Part shown: in pieces, positions 25,331-38,520 of the stretch | How positions within the stretch are numbered: the first letter of the stretch is position 1 | Layout: every line of letters begins with the position of its first letter | Assembly (NCBI GenBank): GCA_043228905.1 | Contig: JBHGNT010000013.1 | Span: 13,020,001 to 13,084,000 of the forward strand | Direction of reading: 5' to 3' | DNA: 64,000 nucleotides | From: Azolla caroliniana | Lineage: Eukaryota; Plantae; Polypodiophyta | Notes under the pieces: model-generated | Database searches by the model: none | What the model was told of the DNA's origin: nothing | The model's input: only the letters and a program-made list of their open reading frames with translations | Position numbers and translations under genes: made by a program

Positions 25331-25610
25331 CATTTAATTACAACCAATACTTAAATATGTTATGCTAGATAGCTACATAGGATAATTAGGCCGAGTTGTT
25401 AAGGCCTTTGACAAGAAATGAAATGGGTTCCTCCTAGTAGGTTCGACCTTGACATATGTTGAACAATAAATATCCCATATTAGGAAGAAGTGGTCAACAT
25501 AGAGACTAAACTAAATTTGTTAAAGCACATTTGTGAATACTAGATTCGTAGGTTCTAACATTTATGTTTTGCTTATTATCAAGCATGAATACTAGACGCC
25601 AACTAAATAT

Positions 25611-25691
25611 GGCAATTTCGCTAAGTGGTTAAGGCGTTTGACTTTAAATCAAATGGATTCACCCTCCTAGGTTCGAATTGTGCAGTTGTCG
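25611..25691 (+). pseudogene. Second TTA-anticodon tRNA-Ser derivative
   Basis: CT TTA AA loop; further changes in A box and T arm. Confidence 0.7.
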
Positions 25692-26212
25692 ACATTCTTC
25701 CGCTTAGGTGTTGAAATTGTTCACTAACATTGAGCTTTTGTTCTTTGAACATTAAATATCCCATCTTAGGAATGAGACTCACATAGAGGAAACATGACTT
25801 TTAATGTCCCATGTGTTAATATTAGGTTCCCTAAGGATTGGAGAAAGGGGCTAAATCGTATCGCTACCCAAAAAATAAAGACTTATAATTGTCATGTTTT
25901 TTGCTTTATTAGCATGCTTAGATAGATAATATTTGCAACATTTAATTACACCCAATACTAAAATATGTAACTAGCATAGACAGCAAAATAGGAGAACCTA
26001 GTCGAGTGGTTAAGGCGTTTGACTTGAAATCAAATGGGTTCGCTCTCGGAGGTTTGAATCCTGCAGTTGTTGACATTCTTTTACTAACTGTCTCGCTATC
26101 CAAAGAATAAAGACTTATAATAGTCTTCATTTCTGCTCTACTAGCATGCTTAGATAGATAATATTTGTAACATTTAATTACAACCAATACTAAAACATGT
26201 AACTATTATAGA

Positions 26213-26293
26213 GACAACTTGGCCGAGTGGTTAAGGCGTTTGACTAGAAATCAAATGGGTTCGCCCTCGTAGGTTCGAATCCTGCAGTTGTCG
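26213..26293 (+). tRNA. tRNA-Ser(AGA), intact
   Basis: Identical to 3515-3595. Confidence 0.93.
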
Positions 26294-26820
26294 AATTTGT
26301 TTCAGTTAGGTTATAGTATCTACAACATTTTAGTGTGAACAATACTCAAATCGATTCATAAAAACTAGAAACAATTTTTTTGAGTGCTTATGGTGGTTGA
26401 CTTTAAATCAAATATATGCTTCTCGAAGCTTGGTATCCTACATTTGTAGACTTTCTTTTAGAATCTTTGATTTTGACGTCGTTGATTTACATCGTGTATT
26501 GTCTGGCAAATCAACACATATGACATTTTAGAGATGCGACATCTATGATGCATATTTGACCGCTTAAGACAAATGTGTCAATATTAGCCCGACTCCATAT
26601 TTTGAAAATTTCCTAATATAACCGAATGTTTTTGCATTAACATAACGCAAACTAAGAAAATCATTAGATGGATTGCCCAAAATATTAATAGTTGTACTAT
26701 TTCATGGTAGAAGCTAACCAAATATGGCAATTTGTGAAGGTGTTTGACTAGAAATGAAATGGGTTCCCCCTCGTAGGTTCGAGCTTGACATATGCTGAAC
26801 AATAAATATCCCATCTTAGC

Positions 26821-26949
26821 AGGACTACTCCTGAGAACACTATAAAAGGAGGCGCAAGGCATTATTTCGAACCAAATTGGTTCAACGCCAGTCTTAACCT
26901 CATAGCTATTTTGTATTTACTCTTCACATAATATATCATCTATTATCAT

Positions 26950-26992
<43 letters not shown>

Positions 26993-29120
26993 GCTATCTC
27001 TCTCTCTCTCCTTTTCTCTCTCTCTCTCTCGTGGTCTTACGCAGTCAGTCCTGTTAGTACTAATATTACTTCCCTTCTCTAGTATTGATTCTCTCTCTGT
27101 TTTAGTACTATTCTTGACAGTTTGAACAAATTTCTTCCTTCTGGTCTTCTTTTCGGTTTCCCTCATCCTCTTACCCCTTTTTCCAATACTACGGATATTG
27201 TTAGCTTCCAAGAAACTCAATCCGTTTTTTCTGAGCTTCAATGTATAAACGAAAAAATCGTTGCATTGGAACAAGAAAACCAATGATTGTTAGGGGATCC
27301 AACATTTGATAATCAAAATCAGGTAATCTTGGGACCAACATGTTTGAAGACAACCTGGATTTTTCAGACTCCGCTGGATTCCCGGATTATCAATGCCATA
27401 CATGCCAATTTGAAGACGGACAAATTTGCTCAAGCCATTCTAGCGCAAATTGATGCCTCTCGGGCATGTTGTTCCCTGTCTCAGCAGCCATGTATGGACT
27501 ACAGACAATTTGAATATCATGATGCTTTATTATTCTTTAAAAAGCTCTTGTATGTTCCCGATTGCTCCAATCGCCTTCAAATCGTCCAAAATTGTCACGA
27601 TTTCCATACAACTGGACATTTCAATAGTACTAAGATGTTTTCGACAATCTTTTCAGTGGCGCCATATGCGATGTTTTGTCAACGACTACGTTCGAACCTA
27701 TGATGCTTGTTGCCGAGCAAATATGCCACGACATCATCCATATGGCTTGTTGGAATCCTTACCAATTCCAAGTAAGCCGAGGCAATCCATTTGTCTTGAT
27801 TTTATCACAGATCTTCCAGTCTCGAAGGGCTTCGATGCTATCTTAACCGTCGTTGACCGATATACTAAGATGGCACATTTTGTGCCTTGTACTAAGGCCA
27901 ACATTACTGAGGAAACCGCCGCCCTTGTCATGCGTGAGGTTTTTCGGCATCATGGCCTCCCAGACAGTATCCTCAGTGACCGAGGACCTCAGTTCGTCTC
28001 CAAATTTTGGAAGCATCTCTTCAAGATGCTCAAGGATTCTTGCAACCTCTCCTCCAACTATCATCCCCAAACTGATGGGCAAGTGGAACGGACAAACCAA
28101 AGGTTGAAACAATATCGTTGGTGTTTTCGGAGTTATCAACTGGACGATTGGGTTGATATTCTCCACTTTGCTGAGTTTGCTTATAATAACAATGTTCACA
28201 CCTCCACTCGGGTCTCCCTATTTTACGCTTATACCAATTCTCATCCTCGTTGGTCTGTGATCAACACTCCGGAGCTACCTACCAATCCTCGTGCCAAGGA
28301 TCATTTGGAGAGGCTACGCAAGATTCAGACATATCTATCTACTCATCTTCTTCATGCTCAACACACATAGAAGACTTAAGCAGATCATCATCGGCTTCCC
28401 TCATCTTTGGCCATCGGAGACCTAGTATGGCTCTTATGTTGTCATATCAAGACTACTCGACCATGCGACAAATTGGATTATCGATGACTTAGTCGTTTCC
28501 ATATTACCAACAAGATTAATGATGTCACGTTCCGCCTTGATCTTCCTCCGCACCTTCAGATACATCCAGTCTTCCATAGTTCTCTTCTCGAACCTTATCA
28601 TGTTACACCGTCACCGCCCCCGCTTGAGTTGGACGTCAACCCGGAGTATGAAGTTGCCACCATCCTCAACTCCAAGTTTGTTCGCAACAAACTTTATTAT
28701 TTGGTCGATTGGCTCGGCTATAGTCCGAGCGAACGTACTTGGGAACCTGTCGAGCATGTTGCCAATGCTCAGGATCTTCTTGCTTATTTCCATCGAGAAT
28801 ATCCAGACAAACCTGGTCCCCACTCAGCGCTAACTCATAACACTCGTCGTTTTAAGGGGGGATAGTCTCATGATATGGCAAGACACGAACCCATGACCTT
28901 ATATTATATGGATCAAGCTCTTGACCATTATACTATCTATTGTAATACATAGGATATTATTTTCATTTAAGTTTTACTATACAAAATTAAGTTTTACTCT
29001 TCACATAAAATATCATTTGTTATCATCATCCTCTCTCTCTCTCTTTTAGTTATTATGACTGGATAAATACTCTTTTTGTTGTAAACCGATTATCTCATGG
29101 GCCAATTTGGCCTTAGAAGA
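26821..29120 (+). mobile_element. Chromovirus family F, larger remnant (integrase, chromodomain, PPT, deleted LTR from 28866)
   Basis: SICLDFITDLP..VVDRYTKMAHF..ILSDRGPQF..YHPQTDGQVER (27450-28370); YEVATILNSK..YLVDWLGYSPSERTWEP (28629-28865). Confidence 0.88.
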
Positions 29121-30036
29121 CGTTAATATATCTTTCTTTCTTTCTCTCTCTCTCTCCTTTTCTCTGTTCCTCACTCGTGAGTCTTACGCAGTTAGTCCTC
29201 TTGGTACTAATAATACTGAATCCCTTCTCTAGGATTGATTCTCTCTCTGTTTTAGTACTATTACTTGTAGATAGTGATTTGTTTTGTAGTTTGTGGACTC
29301 CACATGGTTTTTCCCTTCTCGGGTTTTCCACTTTAAAATACATGCCTCTATATTTTCTATTTTCGGTCTTCTGTTTTGTCTATACACTATCTCATTCAAT
29401 TCTTTGCACTCGCATTCTTATACGACGAAATTGTTGAGAACGTGGTCATCTTGTGCGGAACAAATCAACACTCTCCAAAGGTGAGGATCATAAGTGGATG
29501 CAGGCAAGGTAGATTTATGGCATCAGCAACAGAAACAGAGAAACAAGAACGCAAGAGAGCGAGACGATTAGCCACAAGATGACCTATATTTCAACAACAC
29601 TCAAAACTAGGTTACAAAGTCAATTTATGTACTGACTGACTTAGGGCAATTGCCCTTCTCACTGTTTACATAAATAGCGTAAACCTAGTGTGTACAAAAG
29701 GAGACAATGTGAATACGTTCATTAGAGACCCGCATTCAACACTCCCCCGTAATAGGCGTATACATCGAAATTCTGTAAATCAAAATAAATGTACAATACA
29801 GATTGATACAAAAATTTCGAACAAATCGAAATTTCGTTGGAGTTGGTGAACTTCGAAAAACTAAAGGCCGAACTGGCTGAGGTTGGGGAAGCTATTGCGC
29901 AGACTGTGGCTTTATTCTGTGAAAATCAAGCAGAGCTAGCAACACAAGTGTATCAGCTTTCAACGCGGACGCACCAAGGTCCGCGTACCAACAAAGGAAA
30001 CGGCAACACAACCCAAGGGCATAACACCATTGTACC
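29121..30036. mobile_element. LTR remnants and copia H 3' end (duplicate of 4711-5478) joined to a short gypsy E fragment
   Basis: Direct similarity to 4711-5478 and to ~24850-24983. Confidence 0.7.
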
Positions 30037-32132
30037 ATCTTTGATGTTGTCGTCGTTGATTTACATCAAGTCATTGTGTGGCAAACCAATACATATCCCA
30101 ATTTAGAGAGGCAACATCTATCATGAATATTTAACCCCTAGAGCCAAATGTGTCAATATTAGCCCGACTCCATATTTTCAAAATTTCCTAATATAACCGA
30201 ATATTTTTGCATTAACATAACGCCAACTAAGATAATCATTACACGCATTGCCCAAAATATTAATAATTGTACTATTTCATGGTAGAAGTGAACCAAATAT
30301 GGCTATTTGGCCAAGTGGTTAAGGCGTTTGACTTGAAATCATATGGGTTTGCCCTTGTAGGTTCAAATCTAGCAATTGTCGAGATTCTTTTACTATGCTG
30401 TGGAAACTATTTACTAACATTGAGCTTTTGTGCTTTAAACATTAAATATCCCACTAGTATTTAAATGTATGTGCACTAACATACTTGTGAACACTTAAAT
30501 CGTATCGCTACCCAAAGAATAAAGACTCATTATTTTCCAATTTCCTACCTTATTAGCATGCTTAGATAGAAAATATTTTCAACATTTAATTACAACCAAT
30601 ACTAAAATATGTTATCGTAGATGGCTACATAGGATAATTAGGCCGAGTTGTTAAGGAGTTTGAGTAGATATAAAATGGGTTCCCACTCGTAGGTTTGAGC
30701 TTGACATAAGCTGAAAAATAAATATCCCATCTTAGGAAGAATTGGTCAACATATAGAGTAAACTAATTTGTATTAAACACATTTGTGAACATTGGCTTCC
30801 CAATCTATCTTAAAAACAGCCTAACCTAATGAAACGTAATTGCAATAAGCTAGTAGTGAACACAAAAATAGTAGCATTACCTTAAGAATAACTACTCTTT
30901 CTAGCGTTTTTCTTTCGCTTATTGTCAAGCATAGATAGTAGATGCCAACTAAATACGGCAATTTGGTCGATTGGTGAAGGCGTTTGACTTGAAAGCAAAT
31001 GGGTTCGTCCTTGCAGGTTCCAATCTTGCAGTTCCTTAAACAATAAATATCCCATCTTAGGAATGAGACTCGCATAGAGGAAACATGACTTTTAATGTCC
31101 CATGTGTTAATATTAGGTTCCCAAGGGATTGGAGAAACGGGCCAAATCGTATCGTTACCCAAAAAATAAAGACTTATAATTGTCGTGTTTTCTGCTTTAT
31201 TAGCATGCTTATATAGATAATATTTGCAACATTTACTTACAAAATAGGACAACGTGACCGAGTGGTTAAGGTGTTTGACTTGAAATCAAATGGGTTTGCC
31301 CTCATAGGTTTGAATGCTGCAATTGTCGACATTCTTTTCCCTTAAGAATAACTACTCCTTCATGCGTTTTTGGTTTGCTTATTATCAAGCTACTATAGAT
31401 AATATTTCCAAGATTTTATTGCGAACAATAGTAAAATCGATTCATGAAAACTACAAACAATTTTCCTGATTGCTTATGGTGGTTGACTCAAAATCAAATG
31501 TTTGCTTCTTGGAGCTTGGAATCCTATATTTTTAGACTTTGTTTTAGAATCTTTCATGTTGCCGTCGTTGATTTACATCATGTCATTGTGTGGCAAACCA
31601 ATACATATCACAATTTAGACAGGCGACATCTATCATGAATATTTGACCGCTTAAGCCAAATGTGTCAATATTAAACCCGACACCATATTTTGAACATTTC
31701 CTAATTTAACCGAATATTTTTGCATTAACATAATGCCAGCTAAGATAATCATTAGATGGATTGCCCAAAATATTAAGAGTTGTACTATCTCATCGTAGAA
31801 GCCAACCAAATATGGCAATTTGGCCAAGTGGTTAAGGCGTTTGAATTCAAATCAAATGGCTTCGAATCTTGCAGTTGTAGAGATTCTTTTACTATGTTCT
31901 GGAAATCATTTACTAACATTGCTTCTGAGCTTTAAACATTAAATATCCCAATAGTAGTCAAATGTATGTGCATAGATATACTTGTCAACATTTAAATCGT
32001 ATCGCTACCCAAAGAATAAAGACTTATAATAGTCCTCTTTTCTGCTTTATTAGCATGCTTAGATACATAATATTTGCAACATTTAATTATAACCAATACT
32101 AAACTATGTAACTATGATAGAGAGCAAAATAG

Positions 32133-32213
32133 GACAACTTAGCGGAGTGGTTAAGGTGTTTGATTAGAAATCAAATGGGTTCGCCCTCGTAGGTTCGAAT
32201 GCTGCATTTGTCG
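32133..32213 (+). pseudogene. tRNA-Ser(AGA) pseudogene
   Basis: Full length with mismatches in D, T and acceptor stems. Confidence 0.7.
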
Positions 32214-33403
32214 ACTTTGTTTCAATTAGGTGTTGACTACTTTCAATAACATTGAGATTTTGTGATGTGAACCAATGCATCTTCCATCTTAGCAAGGTGA
32301 GACACATACACAAGCATGACTTCTTAAGTCCCATGGAACAAATTTCGCAATATAAAGCTAGTATGACAACGTGGCCGAGTGGTTAAGGTGTTTGACTCGA
32401 AATCAAATGGGTTCGCCATTGTAACTTATATCGAGCTTGACATGTGCCCACCAATAGATATCTGATCTTAGAAAGCATTGGTCACCACACAGAGAAAACT
32501 AAACTTTCTAAGATGAATTTTTGAAGATTGGCTTCCGTAGGTATCGTAACCAATAGCTCACCTAGTGAAATGTAATTACAATAACCTACTAGTGAACACA
32601 GAAATAGTAGTATTACCTTAAGAATAACTACTCTTTCTGGCGTTTTTTGTTCGCTTATTATCAAGCTGAGATAGATAATATCTCCAACATTTTAGTGTGG
32701 ACAATACTCAAATCAATTCATGATTTAAACTAGAAACACTTTTCCTGAGTGCTTATGGTGGTTGACTCAAAATCAAATGTTTGCTTCTCGGAGTTTGGAA
32801 TCCTACATTTGTAGACTTTCGTTTAGAATCTTTGATGTTGCCTTCATTGATTTACATCGAGCCATTGTGTAGCAAACCAATACATATCACAATTCAGAGA
32901 GGCGAAATATATCATGAATATTTGACCGCTTAAGTCAAATGTGTCAATATTAGCCCGACTCCATATAACCGAATATTTTTGCATTAAGATAACGCCAACT
33001 AGGAAAATCATTAGACGGATTGACCAAAATATTAATACTTGTACTATCTCATAGAAGCCAATAAAATATGGCAATTTGGCCAAGTGGTTTAGGCGTTTGA
33101 CTTGAAATTAAATGTGGTCGCCCTCGTACGTGCCAATCAAGTAGCTATCGAGATTCTTTTAGTAAATTGTGGAAACTATTTACTAACATCGAGCTTTTGT
33201 GCTTTAAACATTAAATATCCCAATAGTAATCAAATGTATGTGCATTAACATACTTGTGAATACTTAAATCGTATCGCTTCCCAAAGAATAAAGACTTATA
33301 AGAGTCTTTTTTTCTGCTTTCCTAACATGCTTAGATAGATAATATTTGCAACATTTAATTACACCAATACTAAAACATGTAACTATTGTAAAGAGAAAAA
33401 TAG

Positions 33404-33484
33404 GACAACTTGGCCGAGTGGTTAAGGCGTTTGACTAGAAATCAAATGGGTTCGCCCTCGTAGGTGCGAATCCTACAATTGTCG
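33404..33484 (+). tRNA. tRNA-Ser(AGA), near intact (possible pseudogene)
   Basis: T-loop TGCGAAT instead of TTCGAAT; one acceptor mismatch. Confidence 0.6.
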
Positions 33485-33769
33485 ACTTTGTTTCAGTTAG
33501 GTGATAGTATCTCCAAGATTTTAGTGTGGACAATACTCAAATCGATTAATGAAAACTAGAAAAACAATTTTCCCGACTGCTTATGGTGGTTGACTCAAAA
33601 TCAAATGTTTGCTTCTCGGAGCTTAGAATCCTACATTTGTAGACTTTCTTTTGGAATCTTTGATGTTGCCGTCATTGATTTACATCGACCCATTGTGTGG
33701 CAAACCAATACATATCACAATTTAGAGAGGTGACATCTATCATGAATATTTGACCGCTTAAGTCAAATG

Positions 33770-36700
33770 TGTCATTTTTGTCCGCCGGAATAGTAACCAA
33801 TGGAGAAGAGCACAGTAATATGGAATAGAGCAATATTGTAACGCATGTAAACGGTTCACACGGGAACCATGAACGGCTAAAAGACCCTGCCTGCGTATAT
33901 ATATGGCAAAAAACCTCTGATAAAGGTAGAATGTAATTTTGAATGTAAAAGGCGTATCTTAATTGAATTTTATCTTCTTTGATATATGTGTGTATCTTTG
34001 GTTAACCTACCGTGTGTCTATAATCCTTGGTGGCGTAGCACAATGGTAAGAGTGTAGGCATGAGTAACAGTGTGTGTGCTAGCCCACTGTCAAAGGAGCT
34101 CGGTTGTAGCCATCTCCCTTCTACGTTGCTAGGTTACAAGAGGTATCCCACTAAGTATTACGCACAGACGCTACCATTCGTTGTCACACAGTCACTTTGA
34201 GGTCTAGGTCGAAGGATTGACCGTAGACCGTGTTCCTAATCGATAACACTTTTGGCACGCTTGGTGATCTGTGTCTTGTCATAGATGAACAACGACGAAT
34301 GGATGTTTAGCCGCAGACGCCCCAGAGAACCAACACGACAAGACCGACCAATCACAAGGTCCATCACACGCCAGGCATAGGAACGCGCACGGTAAAAGCC
34401 TCGCCTCAGTGACCTCAGTGATACCTGTCGGGACCACAAAGACGATTTCTCGCTGTCCAAATACCTCGGCGATACGCATGAAGCACGTCCAAATACCTCG
34501 GCGATACGCATGAAGCACGCTCACCACAAAAGCACTGTGGCCTTTCCCTGCCTGCCGTAGCACCCAGCATGGCCTTTGCTTATCCCCGCTTCAACGGCGA
34601 AACCGACGCCGCAACCCACATCCGATTGTTCCTCAATGTCTAGAATGCAAACCACATGGCGCAGAGCCTTTCCAAAGCAGTAGTGCACCAGTCCAAAATG
34701 ATGGAGTTCGGATTAACCTTGGATGGGAGATCGGCGTTTTGGCATTCACAAATGGATTTGCCAACAATCACGACCTTTGACCAGCTCCAGTCAGCCTTTC
34801 TACGGTTTTTTTATCAGAGGGTGCCGCAACGCGAAATCCTCAGGCAGTTTTCCACAATTAAATAGTTTCCAACCGAGACGGTAGCGGATTTCAGTTTACG
34901 CTTCCAAAATCTACGGCGGAAATTAGAACGGGGCCCAACGGAGGACGAGGCTAGGGAGACATTTGTGGCAGCATTACGTCGACCCATACGAACAACGCTC
35001 AACAACAATAGCGTGAAAGGGGAAACAGTCGATATGGTCATAGAAAGAGCGCTATAACTCGAGCTCGACGAAGAAGAGGAAAGGTTTTCCATGTCCTCAT
35101 TGCGACAAGCGTTAGCTCAGGATGAGGAACGACATTTTCGCCAAGCGATCCAGTGCATGATTTGCTTAAATTAAGGGCATTCCGCAATTAAATGCAACAT
35201 GTGAATCCACTGTCCAGTATGTCACTCGAAAGCTCACATAGTTGAGCAGTGCGAGTACAATATGTTGAACAGAGCCACGCCCACAATACGCATCGTGGAA
35301 ACACAACGTCCCCCACGCCGTAATGAACAAAGGCAGCAAGAAGATTGACCACGGTATATGGATCGAAACCCACGCGATGACCGGCACTACCGGAATCGTC
35401 GAAATCACAACGATTCCGAGGAAGACAAGCCGAAGGATGAAGACTACCGTGGCAACCCCAGAAATACTAAAGGGGGCAACGCTATGAGAACTACCGTCCG
35501 ACGAACAAACGTGGAGGCTTCAATGGGCCTCACGGAAACCATCGTCAATATCGGGACCAACGGCGGTACGACGAAAGTTTGGACGAAAACCGGCACCAGG
35601 AACCACGCCGACACCAACATCAACCACCGTGTACGCTTCGACGAACGAATCAGGACTGGGAGGAGCAAGTCACACCTAGGGATCGGCACACACCACTAGG
35701 GGCCGACAAGGTTGAATCTAGCATCCATTTTTTTGTTTGTCAACAGCCCGGACATTATGCCACACAATGCCCAGTACGTAAGGGCAAGGGGCCCGCCGTC
35801 AATACGATTACGGCGGAAGTACAGCAAGTCACAACACGTCAGCAAACAAAAAAAGTTTATTGGGCCGCGCAAGATGAGATACGGTGGACAGCCCAAGAAT
35901 GGGTTGAAAAAGCAAACGCAGCAAATACGGACCGCATGCGAAAGGAGTCTGCAAACACGGTGGAGCTATTGGAGGAAGAGGGACCATCTCCGGACCCCAT
36001 ATGGCAAGCACTGACAACCGGCGAGATAACGTTAACCATGGACAAGTTGCTGCAACTAGTCCCACGATTCCGCCAGGCCGTGGAAGAGTGGATGACGGGC
36101 AGACCTGGGGTAGACGTTGCCGCGAATTTTATATACATTAGCGACAGACCGACATTGGTGGATCACCACAACCCGGTTATTAAGTTAATACCACACGGTC
36201 AGGAAATCCCAGGATGTGTGATCTATGGTGGCTCGGGCGTTAATGTAATTAGCGCGAAGACATGCGAACAATTGGGAATTTCATAATTGGGAGCATGCCC
36301 GTTTTGGCTTCGCATGGCGGATACTTGCTCAATATGACCATTGGGGTTGATACGCAAGGTAGGCATTATCGTGGGAGGAGATCGCTTCGACATCTCGGCG
36401 GTAGTCCTCACCCTTGACGCCCCATGGACGTATCCAATGTTGTTGGGCAGACCGTGGCTTTGTTCTGCGAATATCAAGCAAAGCTGGCAACACAAGTGTA
36501 TCAGCTTTCGACGCGGACGCACCAAGGTCCGCGTACCTACAAAGGAAATGGTGACACAACCCAAGGGCATAACACCATTGTACGCAGACGATATAAATAT
36601 GCAGGCTGGGGTGGATGATACGGAATTAGAGGTATACCTAGACGAGCACCCTCGGATTATTCCGTTGTTCAAAATCGACGTTATCGAAACCACAGCGGAA

Positions 36701-37905
36701 TATGCCATGCCCGCTACACTCCACGACGAGGCTTACGACCCAAACCCGGAGTCAATATTAGAACTAAGCAGAGCACGGGCAACGTTCGAGAGGTCAATGG
36801 AAATTTCACGGCGAGTCACCACCTCAGCCTTGGAAGAAGTAAACGTGGGTACGGCGTCAGAACCCCATTTCCTCTCCATCGCAAAAGAATTAATGTCGGA
36901 TTAGAGAGACGCGATGATATCACTACTCAGGAAGTATAAATATGTGTTCGCCTGGGCTCACGAGAACATGAAGGAGTTAGATCCGAAGTTCTATCAACAT
37001 AACATCAATTTAGCAACCGACGCGAAACCGGTCCACCAACGTCGATACCGCATGAACTCAAACTACGCGGCCCGCGTAAAAGAATAAATTGACAAACTCC
37101 TCATGGCTAGATTCATACGACCAGTTAAACAAGCTACATGGTTAAGCACGATAGTAGTCGTACCAAAGAAAAATGGCAAAATACGGGTATGCGTGGACTA
37201 CCGGAAATTAAACGTCGTAACCATTACAGACGCATTCCCTTTAGCTTTCATTGATAGCGTACTGGACGCGGTCGCGGGGCATGACATGTATAGTTTTTTA
37301 GATGGCTTCAATGGGTACAACCAAGTACGCATGCACCCCGACGACCAAGAGAAGACGGCGTTTGTCATGGACTAGGGAGTCTATGTTGTAGTTGTCTCAA
37401 TGTTTGGGCTAAAGACGGCGCCGGCGACATTTCAACGGACAATCACAGAGAATTTTGGGGAATATATTCCGTCCTTCATGCAAGTTTTTTTAGACGATTT
37501 TGCGGTATATGGGACAACAACCGACCATTTTACGCATCAGCAATTGTGCCTAAAGCGTTGCCGAACCACACGCTTAAGCCTGAATCCCACCAAATGTGTC
37601 TTCGGTGTTACCAATGGGGCTCTCCTTGGCCATATAGTTAACAAGAAAGGGATAGCGGTCACTCCAAATAAAATCACCGCGATTACTCGCGCGAAAAGGC
37701 CGACAAACGCGAAATCACTCAACCGGTTTTTAGGACAAATACGATGGCACAGTCGGATGATACGCTATTTGGCGGACTTCGCCACGTCATTACATGCCAC
37801 CGTTCATCGAACTCCCTTCCAATGGACAGCTATGGAAGAGAAAGCATATGATGCGCTAAAGGTAATGCTAACACCCGTCATACAGCCACCAGTTTGGGCG
37901 AAGCA
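33770..37905 (+). mobile_element. Degenerate non-chromovirus gypsy E (Athila/Tat-like): LTR-like 5' end, gag, PR, RT; 3' truncated
   Basis: IVVVPKKNGKIRVCVDYRKLN..SFLDGFNGYNQ, FGLKTAPATFQR..VFLDDF; multiple stops; LTR limits uncertain. Confidence 0.85.
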
Positions 37906-37939
37906 CTAAAATATGTAACTATGATAGACAGCAAAATAG

Positions 37940-38020
37940 GACAACTTGGCTGAGTGGTTAACGCGTTTGACTTGAAATCAAATGGTTTCACCCTCGTAGG
38001 TTCGAATCCTGGAATTGTCG
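37940..38020 (+). pseudogene. Isolated tRNA-Ser(TGA) pseudogene (array block 6)
   Basis: Full-length body with D, variable and T arm mismatches, between two TE junctions. Confidence 0.75.
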
Positions 38021-38035
38021 ACTTTGTCTCAGTTA

Positions 38036-38520
38036 GGCCTTACTGAGGTGTTTGAGTCCATGCTAAAGTGATGACACGGGAATGTCGACCAAGAACAAGT
38101 CACCCTCTCTGAGTGTAACATATAACGGGTACAACGAGTGTACTTTCGGTCCTCGAGCAAACAGGTGGTTCCCACTGTGGAGTGCCCACCCTCTTGATGA
38201 GCAGGCAGCACGGATGTCGTCTTTGTCTAATTGTCTGACTAAGATCAATAGTCTTGAGAGCTCAGGTACATGTCTGACATTAATAATTATGTAGTACCAA
38301 TATAGAGCCACCGTGAAGGTTGAGCTCTACTGCCTCCATTCCGATAATTGCGCATTGCTGTGAATTTCCGACTCGAACTGAGTCGGAATATCGGGTTGAG
38401 TATAGCTGAAATTGGGATCGATGAGGGGTCACATGATATGAAGCGCCCGAATCCAAGAGCCATGTGCTCGATTCCTCTCTCGTAGGCAGAATTTATGATT
38501 TGACTAGGTTCTCAATAGTG
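38036..38520 (-). mobile_element. Copia H fragment, paralog of ~7196-7632
   Basis: NVRHVPELSRLLI..LYPLYVTLREGDLF. Confidence 0.75.

Larger units (their letters stand above)
25331..26820 (+). repeat. tRNA-Ser array block 4 (25381, 25611, 25992, 26213, 26726), duplicate of block 1
   Basis: Colinear with 2531-4120, initial offset 22800 bp. Confidence 0.9.
30037..33769 (+). repeat. tRNA-Ser array block 5 (30301, 30633, 30957, 31248, 31814, 32133, 32365, 33070, 33404 plus ghosts)
   Basis: Same body and spacer modules. Confidence 0.9.

Noticed and set aside
31814-31880. tRNA-Sec
   Set aside because: Body is the array's Ser sequence with a deletion; lacks Sec-type stems and long variable arm.
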